64,000 bases of DNA from an uncultured Planctomycetales bacterium (GTDB lineage Bacteria; Planctomycetota; UBA1135; JACQFD01): the NCBI GenBank assembly GCA_964545855.1, contig CAZJHD010000023.1:2423-66422 (forward strand), written 5' to 3'. The notes under the pieces are model-generated. The model was not told the DNA's origin. It made no database searches and saw nothing but the letters and a program-made list of their open reading frames with translations. Shown here in pieces: positions 1 through 8,899 of the stretch. A program made the translations under genes and the position numbers. Positions within the stretch are counted from its first letter, which is position 1. Every line of letters starts with the position of its first letter.

Positions 1-382
1 CGTCCTGATTGAAGTCGGAGATGGACGCGACGCGGACGCGGTCCGTGAGCGGCGTCCAGGCGCCGTCCTTCAGGATCGTCACGTCGAAGCCCTGCTCGCG
101 GAGACCCTCGGCCACGCGCGCGCCCCGGTGGTCCGGCAGGAGGATCTTCTTCCCGCGCAGCCGCTCGAGGGACTCGGCGCTCAGGTGGTCGGGATGCGCG
201 TGGGAGATCCAGACGAACCGGCACGCGTCGATCGCCTCGCGCTGCGCCCGGGGGATCTCGTGGGTGCGCGTCCAGCTCCCGAAGTAGGCGGGGCCGTCGA
301 TCCAGGGATCCGTCGCGAGGACCGGCGCCCGGTCGTGCACGACGAGCGTCGCGTTGCCGATCGTCTCGAAGCCGAGGTCCAT
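1..382 (-). CDS. MBL-fold metallo-hydrolase, N-terminal part (gene runs off the left edge)
   Basis: Not in the ORF track because there is no stop in the window. Hand translation of the minus strand from ATG at 382-380 gives MDLGFETIGNATLVVHDRAPVLATDPWIDGPAYFGSWTRTHEIPRAQREAIDACRFVWISHAHPDHLS... It carries the HxHxDH metallo-beta-lactamase motif (SHAHPDH). Confidence 0.7.
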   Translation of the reverse strand, partial: MDLGFETIGNATLVVHDRAPVLATDPWIDGPAYFGSWTRTHEIPRAQREAIDACRFVWISHAHPDHLSAESLERLRGKKILLPDHRGARVAEGLREQGFDVTILKDGAWTPLTDRVRVASISDFNQD

Positions 383-401
383 CGCGGATCGCGCGCCTCG
401 A

Positions 402-1952
402 TCAGGGCGCCGGCGGCGCCGCGCCGAAGCTCGGCTCGATCCAGCCCTTGAACCCCTGGAGCGCCACGCGCTGCAGATAGAAGGAGAGTCCTCGGACGCC
501 TCCCAGCTCCTCGCCGCCGCCGGCGCGGCCCGGTCCGCCGTGGATCGCCGCCGGGAGCACCATGCCGGGCGGGAGCGACTGGTCGGCGAGCTTGTCGCTC
601 CCGATCCAGACGCGGCCGTGCCAGACGCCGAGGCCGCGCACGACGTGCTCCGTCCAGGCTGCGTCGTTCGAGACGACGCTCGCGACGAGTCCTCCCCCGC
701 CGAGACCGGCGAGCTCCACCGCCTCGGCGGCGTCGCCGGACCAGGGAACGATCGTCGCGACGGGTCCGAAGACCTCGTGGCGGTGCACCGCCTCGGCGCG
801 CGCGTCCTTCGCGACGCAGAGCGTCGGCGCGACGAACCAGCCCTTGTCGCGGATCGGCTTCGCGCCGCCGCAGGCGAGCGTGCCCGCCCCGGCGAGCCGC
901 TCGATGCCGGCGCGCACGTCGTCGAGCTGCGACTTCGACGAGAGGGGCCCCATGCGCGTCTTCGCGTCACGGGGATCGCCGACGACGACCTCCCCGAGGG
1001 CCGCCGCGAGCTCGTCGCGCACGGCCTCCACGCGGTCGAGCGGCACGAGGACGCGGCGGATCGCGGTGCACTTCTGGCCCGTCTTCTGCGTGATCTCGTG
1101 CGCGACCGTGGAGACGAAGAGCCTCCAGGCGTCGCTCCCCTCCTCCACGTCGGGTCCGAGGATCGCCGGGTTCAGCGAGTCGGCCTCGAGGTTCAGCCGC
1201 GCGTTCTGGCGGACGAGGTTCGCGTGACCGCGGAGCTTCGCCGCCGTCTCCGAGGAGCCCGTGAAGGCGAGGCCGTCCTGGGGACCCAGGTGATCGAGGA
1301 GATCGCCCGCCGAGCCGGCGAGGAACTGCCACGCTCCCTCCGGCAGCAGCGCGCTCTCGACGACGATCTGCGCGATCCGGAAGGCCACGAGCGCCGTCGG
1401 CGTGCCGGGCTTCTCGAGCACCGGCGCTCCCGCGAGGAGCGCACAGGCCGCCTTCTCCATCATGTTCCACGCGGGGAAGTTGAAGGCGTTCACGTGCACC
1501 GCGACGCCGTGCCGCGGCACGAGGACGTGCTGGCCCCAGAAGCGCGGCGTCCGTCCGAGCTGCAGGCCTTCTCCGTCGGCGAGGTGGCGCCGCTCTCCGA
1601 GCGTCTTCCCGAGCACGCCGTACCAGGCGAGCGTCCCCGTCGCGCCGTCGAGATCGAACTTGGCGTCGCCGCGCGTCGTGCCGGCGTTGCGCATCGACAG
1701 CTCGATCAGCTCGTCGCGATGCGCGTGGATCTTCTTCGAGAGCGACTCGAGCATCGCGCCGCGCTGCGCGAAGGTGAGGCTCCGAAGGGCCGGACCGCCG
1801 ACGGCGCGGCCGTGCTCCAGCGCCGCGCGCAGGTCGTGGCCGCCGCTCGCCACCTCGGCGATCGTCTCCTCGGTGGTGGGATCGAAGAGGGAAGCAGGCT
1901 TCCCGGTGCCCTTCCGCCAGGCGCCGGACAGGTAGCTCGCGAGCGTTTCCAT
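402..1952 (-). CDS. Aldehyde dehydrogenase, PaaN/PaaZ-type (3,4-dehydroadipyl-CoA semialdehyde dehydrogenase-like)
   Basis: ORF 402..2060. Family hallmarks are HVNAFNFPAWNMMEKAACALLAGAPVLEKPG and the catalytic Cys context GQKCTAIRR. Start is set at the internal ATG (METLASYLSGAW, 1952) because the 36 upstream codons are Arg/Pro/Ala junk. Start is uncertain. Confidence 0.85.
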   Translation of the reverse strand: METLASYLSGAWRKGTGKPASLFDPTTEETIAEVASGGHDLRAALEHGRAVGGPALRSLTFAQRGAMLESLSKKIHAHRDELIELSMRNAGTTRGDAKFDLDGATGTLAWYGVLGKTLGERRHLADGEGLQLGRTPRFWGQHVLVPRHGVAVHVNAFNFPAWNMMEKAACALLAGAPVLEKPGTPTALVAFRIAQIVVESALLPEGAWQFLAGSAGDLLDHLGPQDGLAFTGSSETAAKLRGHANLVRQNARLNLEADSLNPAILGPDVEEGSDAWRLFVSTVAHEITQKTGQKCTAIRRVLVPLDRVEAVRDELAAALGEVVVGDPRDAKTRMGPLSSKSQLDDVRAGIERLAGAGTLACGGAKPIRDKGWFVAPTLCVAKDARAEAVHRHEVFGPVATIVPWSGDAAEAVELAGLGGGGLVASVVSNDAAWTEHVVRGLGVWHGRVWIGSDKLADQSLPPGMVLPAAIHGGPGRAGGGEELGGVRGLSFYLQRVALQGFKGWIEPSFGAAPPAP

Positions 1953-2084
1953 GGGACTCGGGACTCTAGCACTCGAGCTGCGCGCGGGCCTCGTCGCCCA
2001 TGGCGTCTCCGCGCCGCCGCCGACGGATCTCCTGGGAGCCCGAGGCGCGGCCGGTAGCATCGACCCGTGCCCGGCGACGTGTCT

Positions 2085-2245
2085 GAGGTCGTGAAGAAAT
2101 CGGCGCCGGGCTTCGGCCGGCTGCGAGCGGCTGCGGCTTCGTTGCTCCTCCTCCGCAACTCTCCATGAGTTGCGTCGTCGTCGCGCCTCGCCTCGCTCGC
2201 TCTCGCTCGGCCTCGGGCCAGCGGCGGCGATTTCCTCACAACCTC
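2085..2245. repeat. Intergenic imperfect-palindrome repeat element, copy A (longest)
   Basis: The termini form an inverted repeat: GAGGTCGTGAAGAAATCGGCGCCG against the reverse complement of the right end, GAGGTTGTGAGGAAATCGCCGCCG. Internal blocks are shared with copies at 24142-24249 and 50931-51045. A central perfect 8-bp hairpin lies at 2154-2174. Confidence 0.7.
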
Positions 2246-3205
2246 TCTCCTCCCCCGCTCCGCGAGGAGTTCTCCCTCGCGCCGGGGATCGGAAGGCGGC
2301 AGTTCGCCGTCGCGCTGGGAGCGCTCGTGGCCCTCTTCCTCTTCGGCGCGGGGCCGATCTGGAGCCACGTCTGGGAGCCGGACGCGTCGATTCTCTGGAG
2401 CTACGTCCCGATCCCCGCCGTCGCGGCGGCGATCCTGCTCTTCAACCGGCGGCTGTCGATCCGGCGGTGGATCGCGGGGACGCTCTCCCTCGCCGCCGCG
2501 AAGTACCTCGTCACGGCCGGAATCTACGTCGCGCTGCTCGCGGCGTCGCCGGCGCGCGGCTTCCCGCGGCGGGAGAGGATCCCGACGGGGATGCGGCCGG
2601 CCACGGACGCGTCCCCGCGCGCCGACACGGGGAGGAGCGACGGCGAAAGCCTCGGTCTCCTCCCGCTCCCGGGACCGGCATCGTCGGGCTCCGTCGCGGG
2701 AACCGTCCTCCGGGACGGCGTCCCCGTCGCCGGCGCCCTGGTGCGGCTGCTCGGCGAGTCCGACCGCTTCGGAGCCGAGGCCCCGCGCGAGCCGCTCGCG
2801 CTCGCGATCGGCGCGGGAACGATCGCTCCGGCGATCGCCTGGGCCCATCCTCTGCAGCCGGTGGTCGTCCTCGCCGCCGACGGCGCCATGCACACGCTGC
2901 TCGTCTCGGAGGGTCCAGGCCGGCCCATGCGCAACGTGCCGATCCTGGAGCCGACGGTCCTCGATCTGCGCGGACTGCGGCACGACCTGCGGCTCCGCTG
3001 CGGCGTGCATGCCGGCGAGAGGGCGACGCTGCTGCTCGTGGCGCACCCGTGGATCACGCGCACCGACCCGCGCGGTCGCTTCGAGATCCGCGGTGCACCG
3101 GCGGGCGCCTGCGTCGTCGAGGCGATCCTCGATGGCGGCTCCGTCGCGCGCGCGGAGGCACTCGTCGTGGCCGGCGGCGCGACGGACGTCGAGCTCTCCC
3201 CCTGA
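2165..3205 (+). CDS. Hypothetical membrane protein with C-terminal Ig-like/carboxypeptidase-regulatory-like region
   Basis: ORF 2165..3205. It has hydrophobic helices (FAVALGALVALFLFGAGPIW, IPAVAAAILLF, LSLAAAKYLVTAGIYVALLAA) and a C-terminal beta-rich part (GRFEIRGAPAGACVVEA). The only ATG (2165) lies inside repeat copy A, so the start is uncertain. Confidence 0.5.
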   Translation: MSCVVVAPRLARSRSASGQRRRFPHNLSPPPLREEFSLAPGIGRRQFAVALGALVALFLFGAGPIWSHVWEPDASILWSYVPIPAVAAAILLFNRRLSIRRWIAGTLSLAAAKYLVTAGIYVALLAASPARGFPRRERIPTGMRPATDASPRADTGRSDGESLGLLPLPGPASSGSVAGTVLRDGVPVAGALVRLLGESDRFGAEAPREPLALAIGAGTIAPAIAWAHPLQPVVVLAADGAMHTLLVSEGPGRPMRNVPILEPTVLDLRGLRHDLRLRCGVHAGERATLLLVAHPWITRTDPRGRFEIRGAPAGACVVEAILDGGSVARAEALVVAGGATDVELSP

Positions 3206-3211
3206 CGGCCG

Positions 3212-4774
3212 TCAGATCTCGCGCATCTCCTTCTCGCCCGGCTCGTGCCAGCGGATCTGGTAGAGGTCGCGACGGCGGTCGGTCCAAGTGGTGACGTTGC
3301 CCTGCAGCTTGTGCCGGCGGAGCAGCTCCGTGTCGACGTCGTGCACGACCACCGTCTCGACGTTCGGATTGCATTCCGCCGCGATGCCGTCGCGGCTGAA
3401 GGGAACGTCCGCCGGAGTGAGGACCGCCGACTGCGCGTAGTGGATGTCGGCGTTGTCGACGAAGGGCAGGTTCCCGACGCAGCCCGCGATGGCGACGTAG
3501 ACGTCGTTCTCGATCGCCCGCGCTTGCGCGCAGTGCCGCACGCGCAGGTAGCCGTGACGCTCGTCGGTGTTGAAGGGCACGATGAAGATTTCGGCGCCCT
3601 TCGCCGCGGCGATGCGGCAGAGCTCGGGGAACTCCACGTCGTAGCAGATGATGATCGCGACCTTCCCTCGATCGGTGTCGAAGACCTCGATCTTCTTCCC
3701 CGGCTGCACGCCCCACCAGCGGCGCTCCTGGGGCGTGATGTGCATCTTGTACTGCTTGCTGAGCCGGCCATCGCGGTGGAAGAGCACCGACACGTTGTAG
3801 AGGACGTCGTCCTCGAGGAAGAACTGCGATCCCCCGACGATGTTCACGTTGTGCTTGATCGCGAGCTTCGTGAAGAGCTCCAGGTACTGGGGCGTCATCT
3901 CCGCGAGCTTGCGCGCCGCGTCGCTCGGCCGCTTCGCCTTCACGAAGGAGAGGAGCTGCGTCGTGAAGAGCTCCGGGAAGACGACGAAGTCGCTCTGGTA
4001 GTCGCTCGCCACGTCGGAGAAGAAGGCCGCCTGCTGCGCGAACTCCGCGAAGTTCTTGATGGGCCGCATCTGGTACTGCACCAGGAAGAGGCGCGCCGGC
4101 TTGACGGCCTGGTACTGGCGCTTCGACTCGGGGACGTAGTCGATGTTCGGCCACTCGAGGAACGTCGCGTAGCCGCGCGACTCCACGTCGCTCGGCATGT
4201 AGTTCTCGATGAGTCGCTTCAGGACGAAGCCGTTGGCGAGCTGCGCCGAGAGCACCTGGTCGTAGAGACCGCCGTTCCTGACCTTCTCCACGTATTCGCG
4301 CGCGCTCATCTTGTCGGCGTGCTTCCCGTAGCCGGGGATTCGCCCGCCGATGACGATGCGGGCGATGTTGCGCTCGACCGCGATGCGCTTGCGCGCCTCG
4401 TAGAGCCGCCGCGACAGGCGCAGGCCGCGGAACTCCGGGTGGACCATGATCTCGATGCCGTAGAGCGTGTCGCCGTCGTCGACGTGGTTGCGGATGAAGC
4501 CGGAGTCGGAGATCTCCTTCCAAGCGTGCCAATCGGAGTAGAGATCGAAGTCGACGATGAGGCTGCTGCTCGAGGCGACGAGCTTCCCGTCGAGCTCCAC
4601 GCAGACCTGGCCGTCGGGGAAGAGCCGCAGCTGGCTCTCGATCTGCTCGCGCGTCCACGGCTTCATGCCCGGGAAGCAGAGGAGCTGGAGCTCGACGAGG
4701 TTCTCGTAGTCCGCCATCGTGATCGAGCGGACCCGGATGCGCTTCTCGAAGCTCTTCAGTTGGACTTTCGCCAT
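3212..4774 (-). CDS. Bifunctional GNAT N-acetyltransferase / carbon-nitrogen hydrolase (nitrilase superfamily) protein
   Basis: The N-terminal part is GNAT-like ([19 protein letters not shown]). The C-terminal part carries the nitrilase Glu-Lys-Cys triad contexts VVFPELF, QYKMHI and [12 protein letters not shown]. Confidence 0.85.
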   Translation of the reverse strand: MAKVQLKSFEKRIRVRSITMADYENLVELQLLCFPGMKPWTREQIESQLRLFPDGQVCVELDGKLVASSSSLIVDFDLYSDWHAWKEISDSGFIRNHVDDGDTLYGIEIMVHPEFRGLRLSRRLYEARKRIAVERNIARIVIGGRIPGYGKHADKMSAREYVEKVRNGGLYDQVLSAQLANGFVLKRLIENYMPSDVESRGYATFLEWPNIDYVPESKRQYQAVKPARLFLVQYQMRPIKNFAEFAQQAAFFSDVASDYQSDFVVFPELFTTQLLSFVKAKRPSDAARKLAEMTPQYLELFTKLAIKHNVNIVGGSQFFLEDDVLYNVSVLFHRDGRLSKQYKMHITPQERRWWGVQPGKKIEVFDTDRGKVAIIICYDVEFPELCRIAAAKGAEIFIVPFNTDERHGYLRVRHCAQARAIENDVYVAIAGCVGNLPFVDNADIHYAQSAVLTPADVPFSRDGIAAECNPNVETVVVHDVDTELLRRHKLQGNVTTWTDRRRDLYQIRWHEPGEKEMREI

Positions 4775-4818
4775 GGGCTAGCCGTGCGGATCGACGGAAA
4801 GGAGGGTGCGGTACGGGC

Positions 4819-6126
4819 TCAGCGCAGGTCGCGCGCTCGCACGTCGCGGAAGCGCACGCGCGACTGGGGGTCGTGGTTCTGGAGCCCGAGGAAGCCATCG
4901 AGCGCACGAGTGCCTTCGAACTCGTTCACCGGCACTCCGTTCACCTTCACGCGGTAGGTCTGGCCGCGCACCTCGAGGACCATCCGGTTCCACTGCCCGG
5001 GCTCCTTCGTCGGCACCGACTTCGGCTCCTGGAACGAGTAGACGGATCCGGTGTTCTGGCCCGGCGGCGCGGCGTCGCAGATCTGGATCTCGTAGCCCGC
5101 GTTCACGGCGGTCCACGGATTCTCCGGCGAGGGGAAGCGCACGAAGACGCCGGAGTTGTCCTCGCGGCGCGGCGCGTTCCACTCGAGCGAGAGCTCGAAG
5201 TCGGCGAAGGGGCGCTCGGTGAACCAGAGGAGGCCCATGCCGCCCTCCGCCACGAGCTCGCCGTTCTCGACGACGAAGCGCCCGGGACCGCTCTGCGCCC
5301 AGCCGTCGTGCGTCTTGCCGTCGAAGAGCGCGATCGATCCATCGGCGGCGCGCGGCGCGGGGCGCACCCACTCGAAGGCTTGCCGCAGCATGCGCCGGAA
5401 GATCGGGCTCTGGTAGGTGCCGACGCCGTGGCCGAGCGCCGTGTAGAAGACGCGTCCCGATCCGTAGCGCCGCGTCCAGGCGACGGGGCGGAGCTTCCCG
5501 TCGGCGGGGCTCCGCGTCACGAGGAAGAGGTTCTTCCCGTCGGAGGGACAGTCGGCCAGGTGGTAGAGCTCGTCCTCGATCTCGAAGTCGCCGATGCCCT
5601 CCCCCACTGGATCGGCGACGGCGAGCCGCTCGATCCGGAGCTTCCCGTAGGGCGGGTGCGTCTCGAAGCGGCCGCCCACCATGCGGATGAACTCGGGGTA
5701 GGCCTTGAAGGTGTCCGAGGCGGAGTGCGTCCCGACCCAGCCGCCGCCACTGCGCACGAACCGAAGGATCGCGTCGACGTGATCGGAGCCGAGCTTCTCG
5801 AGGTAGCTGTCCTGCGTGAACTGGAAGAGGACGTCGAACCGGTCGCGCAGCGCGGGATCGAGCAGCAGGTCGGCCCTCCGCGGCAGCGTCGCTTTCTCCG
5901 CGCGCGGGAGACCCTCCGGCGGATCGTCGATCCGCACCGACTCGAGGGTGAAGGCGAGGCCGCTCTCCCGCAGCCCCTCGAAGAGCGCCTTCGCGCCCGC
6001 CTCGTAGGGATGGTGCTCGCCGCCGAGCAGCGCGAGGACGCGGAGCGGCGGGGCCGGAGTTGCGGGCTCCTGCACCGGCGCGGCGATCGAGAGGGCGAGC
6101 GTGACGAGGATCGGCGACATTTCCAT
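4819..6126 (-). CDS. Secreted ThuA-like domain / DUF1080 (3-keto-disaccharide hydrolase-like) fusion protein
   Basis: It has a signal-like N-terminus (MEMSPILVTLALSIAAPV). The ThuA-like part includes GGGWVGTHSASDTF and FYTALGH. The C-terminal lectin-like part includes GLLWFTERPFADFELSLEW, GYEIQI and FLGLQNH. An alternative ATG lies at 6120. Confidence 0.8.
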   Translation of the reverse strand: MEMSPILVTLALSIAAPVQEPATPAPPLRVLALLGGEHHPYEAGAKALFEGLRESGLAFTLESVRIDDPPEGLPRAEKATLPRRADLLLDPALRDRFDVLFQFTQDSYLEKLGSDHVDAILRFVRSGGGWVGTHSASDTFKAYPEFIRMVGGRFETHPPYGKLRIERLAVADPVGEGIGDFEIEDELYHLADCPSDGKNLFLVTRSPADGKLRPVAWTRRYGSGRVFYTALGHGVGTYQSPIFRRMLRQAFEWVRPAPRAADGSIALFDGKTHDGWAQSGPGRFVVENGELVAEGGMGLLWFTERPFADFELSLEWNAPRREDNSGVFVRFPSPENPWTAVNAGYEIQICDAAPPGQNTGSVYSFQEPKSVPTKEPGQWNRMVLEVRGQTYRVKVNGVPVNEFEGTRALDGFLGLQNHDPQSRVRFRDVRARDLR

Positions 6127-6204
6127 TCGGGGACGGGTCCGCTCCCGAGCCCGGCGATCCTACAGGTCTCGCCGATCGGTCCGTAGCGGGGTCCGTCGGG
6201 GCGT

Positions 6205-7308
6205 TCACGGGCGGCTTTCGGAGTCGGCACGGCTGCCCGAACCCGTGCGTCGATGACCGAAGGCAGCGATGGGCCGGGGCACGAGGAGCACGAGGGCCGG
6301 AAGGATGTGGAGCGCGGCCCGCGCAGGCGCGGTGATCGATTCCATCGCTTCGTAGTGCGGTGCGAGCACGACGCAGGCGATCTGCGCGGCCACGATCGCA
6401 AGACCGACCAGGATGCATCGCCCCGCGTGCACTGGGACCGCGGGGCTCGCGGCAAGGAGGAGCAGGAGCGCCGGTACGAAGGCTCCGAAAGGCGAGAGCG
6501 GTCCCAGCGTGTCCGTCGCGTTCTCCCATCCGACGGGCGAGATCCGCGAAGCCACGTGCCCGCAGAATCCTGCACAGCGCGCCGCCAGATCGCCGGGTGA
6601 CGCAAGGAGCCGGAGCATCCCACCCCCACGAGCCGTCTCGTCCCAGGGCTCGCCGGTCACGGGGACGAGTCCATGCAGTGGGTAGAGAGCGAGCCAGGGC
6701 GCGACCGCAAGTGCGAGGACGAGCAACGAGATTCCGAGCCGCCTCGCCCGTTCCCGCGGGGCCGCGTCGAACGCGTGGATCGTCGCGAGGAGCGGCGCCA
6801 TGAGAGCGCCCTCCATCCGGATCAGCGGAAGTGCGCAGAGGTGTGCGACGACGGTTCTCGTCGGGGCGCCGCGGGCGACGGCGCCGCCGGCGAGCGCGAC
6901 CGCAGCGACGAAGGGCAGGTCGCCCATGAAGACGGCCCCGAGTTCGAAGACGATGGGGAGCGCGGCGAAACCGAAGGCCGCGATGACACGCGGAATCCGA
7001 GAGAGGCGGCCCTCGAGGAGCGCGGCGAATGCGCATGCGGCGGAGAGGGTGCCGAGAAGGGCGAAGGCGCGCATCGCCATGCCGTCGAATCGCCCGGCAC
7101 CGACGGAGTGCAGGGCGGCTGCCACCGGGAGGGCGAAGGGATAGCCCGCTCCGCGCGCCGAGGCGTAGGTCCAGGACGACGGATCGATCCGCCCGGTGGT
7201 CGCGATGGCGTTCGCCTTGTGCCCCCAGACGTAGACCTCGTCGCCGAAGATCTGCGGACGGAGCAGTGCTTCGAGTGCAACGAGAGCGAGGGGCAGCACG
7301 AGCGCCAC
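6205..7308 (-). CDS. Polytopic membrane protein, possible GT-C-type glycosyltransferase; either a separate gene or the frameshifted 3' part of 6205-7621
   Basis: Frame of ORF 6205..7569. There are many hydrophobic helices and a loop motif, PQIFGDEVYVWGHKA. The upstream part of this frame is Ser/Arg/Pro junk, so the start is placed at GTG 7308. See the homopolymer at 7354-7366. Confidence 0.5.
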   Translation of the reverse strand: MALVLPLALVALEALLRPQIFGDEVYVWGHKANAIATTGRIDPSSWTYASARGAGYPFALPVAAALHSVGAGRFDGMAMRAFALLGTLSAACAFAALLEGRLSRIPRVIAAFGFAALPIVFELGAVFMGDLPFVAAVALAGGAVARGAPTRTVVAHLCALPLIRMEGALMAPLLATIHAFDAAPRERARRLGISLLVLALAVAPWLALYPLHGLVPVTGEPWDETARGGGMLRLLASPGDLAARCAGFCGHVASRISPVGWENATDTLGPLSPFGAFVPALLLLLAASPAVPVHAGRCILVGLAIVAAQIACVVLAPHYEAMESITAPARAALHILPALVLLVPRPIAAFGHRRTGSGSRADSESRP

Positions 7309-7321
7309 GAGGACGAGGCGA

Positions 7322-7621
7322 TCACCGGACCGGCCCCCGGAAGGGCTTGGGTGCCCCCCCCCCCCCAGTTCCGGCGAGACGGCGGAATCCGAGCGCCGTG
7401 AGCGCGAGCAATGCGAGACCAGCAACGGTCGCGACCGGCACGGGCAGCCCGAGACACTCCGCGAGCGGGCCGAGGAAACCGCAGAGGGCGAATCCGAGGA
7501 CGGCGGCGCTGGCGATGCCGGCGCAGGGTCCCTCACCTCGAAGCCCCAACAGCGCGCGGGCGCCGGCACCCGCCGCGAGGACGAGGAGCACCGAGGCGAT
7601 CGCCGCGAGCGCCGTCGTCAC
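7322..7621 (-). CDS. Small membrane ORF (three hydrophobic helices), or the N-terminal part of a frameshifted membrane protein
   Basis: ORF 7322..7621 has a GTG start overlapping the upstream stop (GTGA). Sequence is MTTALAAIASVLLVLAAGAG...VATVAGLALLALTALGF, ending ...AGTGGGGAPKPFRGPVR just after the G13 tract. Confidence 0.45.
   Translation of the reverse strand: MTTALAAIASVLLVLAAGAGARALLGLRGEGPCAGIASAAVLGFALCGFLGPLAECLGLPVPVATVAGLALLALTALGFRRLAGTGGGGAPKPFRGPVR
7354..7366. repeat. Homopolymer C13 (G13 on the coding strand)
   Basis: Counted directly: gtg + 13 c + agtt at 7351-7370. The tract lies exactly at the frame switch between ORF 7322..7621 and ORF 6205..7569. Confidence 0.95.
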
Positions 7622-8184
7622 GGCGAGCGCCGGAGAAGGCGCAGGGGATCGACCACTCGGACGAGCCGCGTTTCCGAGGCGAGCGTCCGTTCGAGGTCGG
7701 CGTCGGCGAGGGGCTCCGTCACGAGGACGAAGTCGGCGCGCGGGAGCTCCCGAGCGAGCGACTCTCCGTCCAGGAGGACTCCATGACGCCGGAGGAAGCC
7801 GAGAAGGTCGGCGGGAAGATGATCGGCCTGGTCCGCGCGGGAGACCTGGAACTCCGGCGTGACTTGCGCGAGGACGACCGTCTTCCTCAAGGGACCGAAC
7901 CAGAAGTCGAAGTCCGGCGCGGGAATCGTCCCCGTGAGCACGAGCACGTGCGCCTCGGGAGGCAGCGCGACGCGGAGCGACTCCAGATAGCGCACGGCCG
8001 CGCGCGCCCGCGCGCCGTCGGCGCCGAGGTGCGTTCGGAGACTGCCCGTCTCGACGACGAGGGCCACCGCGGCGGAGGACACGATCGTCGCACAGGCAAC
8101 GACGACGGTGACGCGCCGAACGAGCGCGCGGGGCCGCCGATCGTCGCGCGCTTCGAAGCCGCCTTCGCGCCGTCGGCCGACCAC
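7618..8184 (-). CDS. Hypothetical membrane-anchored protein
   Basis: This is the distal part of ORF 7618..8331. It has an N-terminal anchor (VTVVVACATIVSSAAVALVV) followed by non-repetitive sequence. The stop overlaps the next start (GTGA at 7618-7621). The start is a guess (in-frame GTG at 8184). Confidence 0.45.
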   Translation of the reverse strand: MVGRRREGGFEARDDRRPRALVRRVTVVVACATIVSSAAVALVVETGSLRTHLGADGARARAAVRYLESLRVALPPEAHVLVLTGTIPAPDFDFWFGPLRKTVVLAQVTPEFQVSRADQADHLPADLLGFLRRHGVLLDGESLARELPRADFVLVTEPLADADLERTLASETRLVRVVDPLRLLRRSP

Positions 8185-8195
8185 CGCCGATCCGC

Positions 8196-8843
8196 TCACT
8201 GCCTCGCGGCGCGCCGCGAGCTGCCCCCTTCGGTCCAGACGAGGCCCGTCACCCGATCCGCCGCGTCCCGCTCGACGCGGACCACGGCCGTCTCCGGCAC
8301 CGGCGCGTGCCCGGCCGGCCCCGTGAACCACTCGGCCGCGTCGCGCGGGAAGAGAGCGCGCGGCGCCGAGCCGCCGGTGCTCGCCACGAGACAGGGTCGA
8401 TCCAAGGAGAGCTGCAGCTCGGTCCCGTCCTCGAAGCGATAGCTCCCGGCGAGCTCGGCGAGCGTGCCCTGGCCGATCGTCGCCACACGCACGAGGTCGA
8501 AGGCGCCCGTCCAGTCGACGATCGTCACTTCGCCGTGGAGCGTCGCTCCGTCGACGCGGCCCGCGAACAGGTGCCGCTCGCCACCGCGGAGCAGCTCGAT
8601 CCGCACCTGCTCGTCGTCCCAGGAGAGCTTCTGCAGGATCGGCGCCGGATCCTCCTTCGGCATCCGCACCTCGCCCACGCGGACTCCGTCCATCGTCGCG
8701 ATCGTGAGCATCACGAGGTGGAAGTCGTCGCCGCGGGTCCAGCCGCCCGCCCAGCTCCCTTCGGTCTTCCTGGGGGACGCGGTGCAGGCGAAGCAGGAGA
8801 GCGCCGCCGCGAGGGCGGCGGCGGCGAACGCGAATCGACGCAT
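8196..8843 (-). CDS. Hypothetical lipoprotein
   Basis: ATG at 8843 is preceded by GGAG. The signal/lipobox-like N-terminus is MRRFAFAAAALAAALSCFACTAS. The upstream part of ORF 8196..9422 is Arg-rich junk. The C-terminal part resembles the C-terminal domain of the serine hydrolase at 40682-42382. Confidence 0.6.
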   Translation of the reverse strand: MRRFAFAAAALAAALSCFACTASPRKTEGSWAGGWTRGDDFHLVMLTIATMDGVRVGEVRMPKEDPAPILQKLSWDDEQVRIELLRGGERHLFAGRVDGATLHGEVTIVDWTGAFDLVRVATIGQGTLAELAGSYRFEDGTELQLSLDRPCLVASTGGSAPRALFPRDAAEWFTGPAGHAPVPETAVVRVERDAADRVTGLVWTEGGSSRRAARQ

Positions 8844-8899
8844 GGAGACTCCGGAGGATGGGACCGAGCGCGCTACTTCACCGGGCCGGCGCGGGTCGA

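Noticed and set aside
2165-3205. A cupredoxin-like copper site (MHTLLV ... CGVHAGE) in the hypothetical membrane protein.
   Set aside because: Only a C-x2-H spacing and an upstream His are visible. No Met ligand or wider family pattern could be recognised, so this is too weak to call.
3212-4774. The local GC dip as evidence of horizontal transfer of the GNAT-nitrilase gene.
   Set aside because: Hand counts inside speA (46021-46080, about 58%) and the M16 peptidase (38761-38820, about 65%) give similar values. The lower GC therefore seems to track conserved enzyme-coding sequence rather than foreign origin. A proper windowed GC, GC3 and k-mer analysis is needed.
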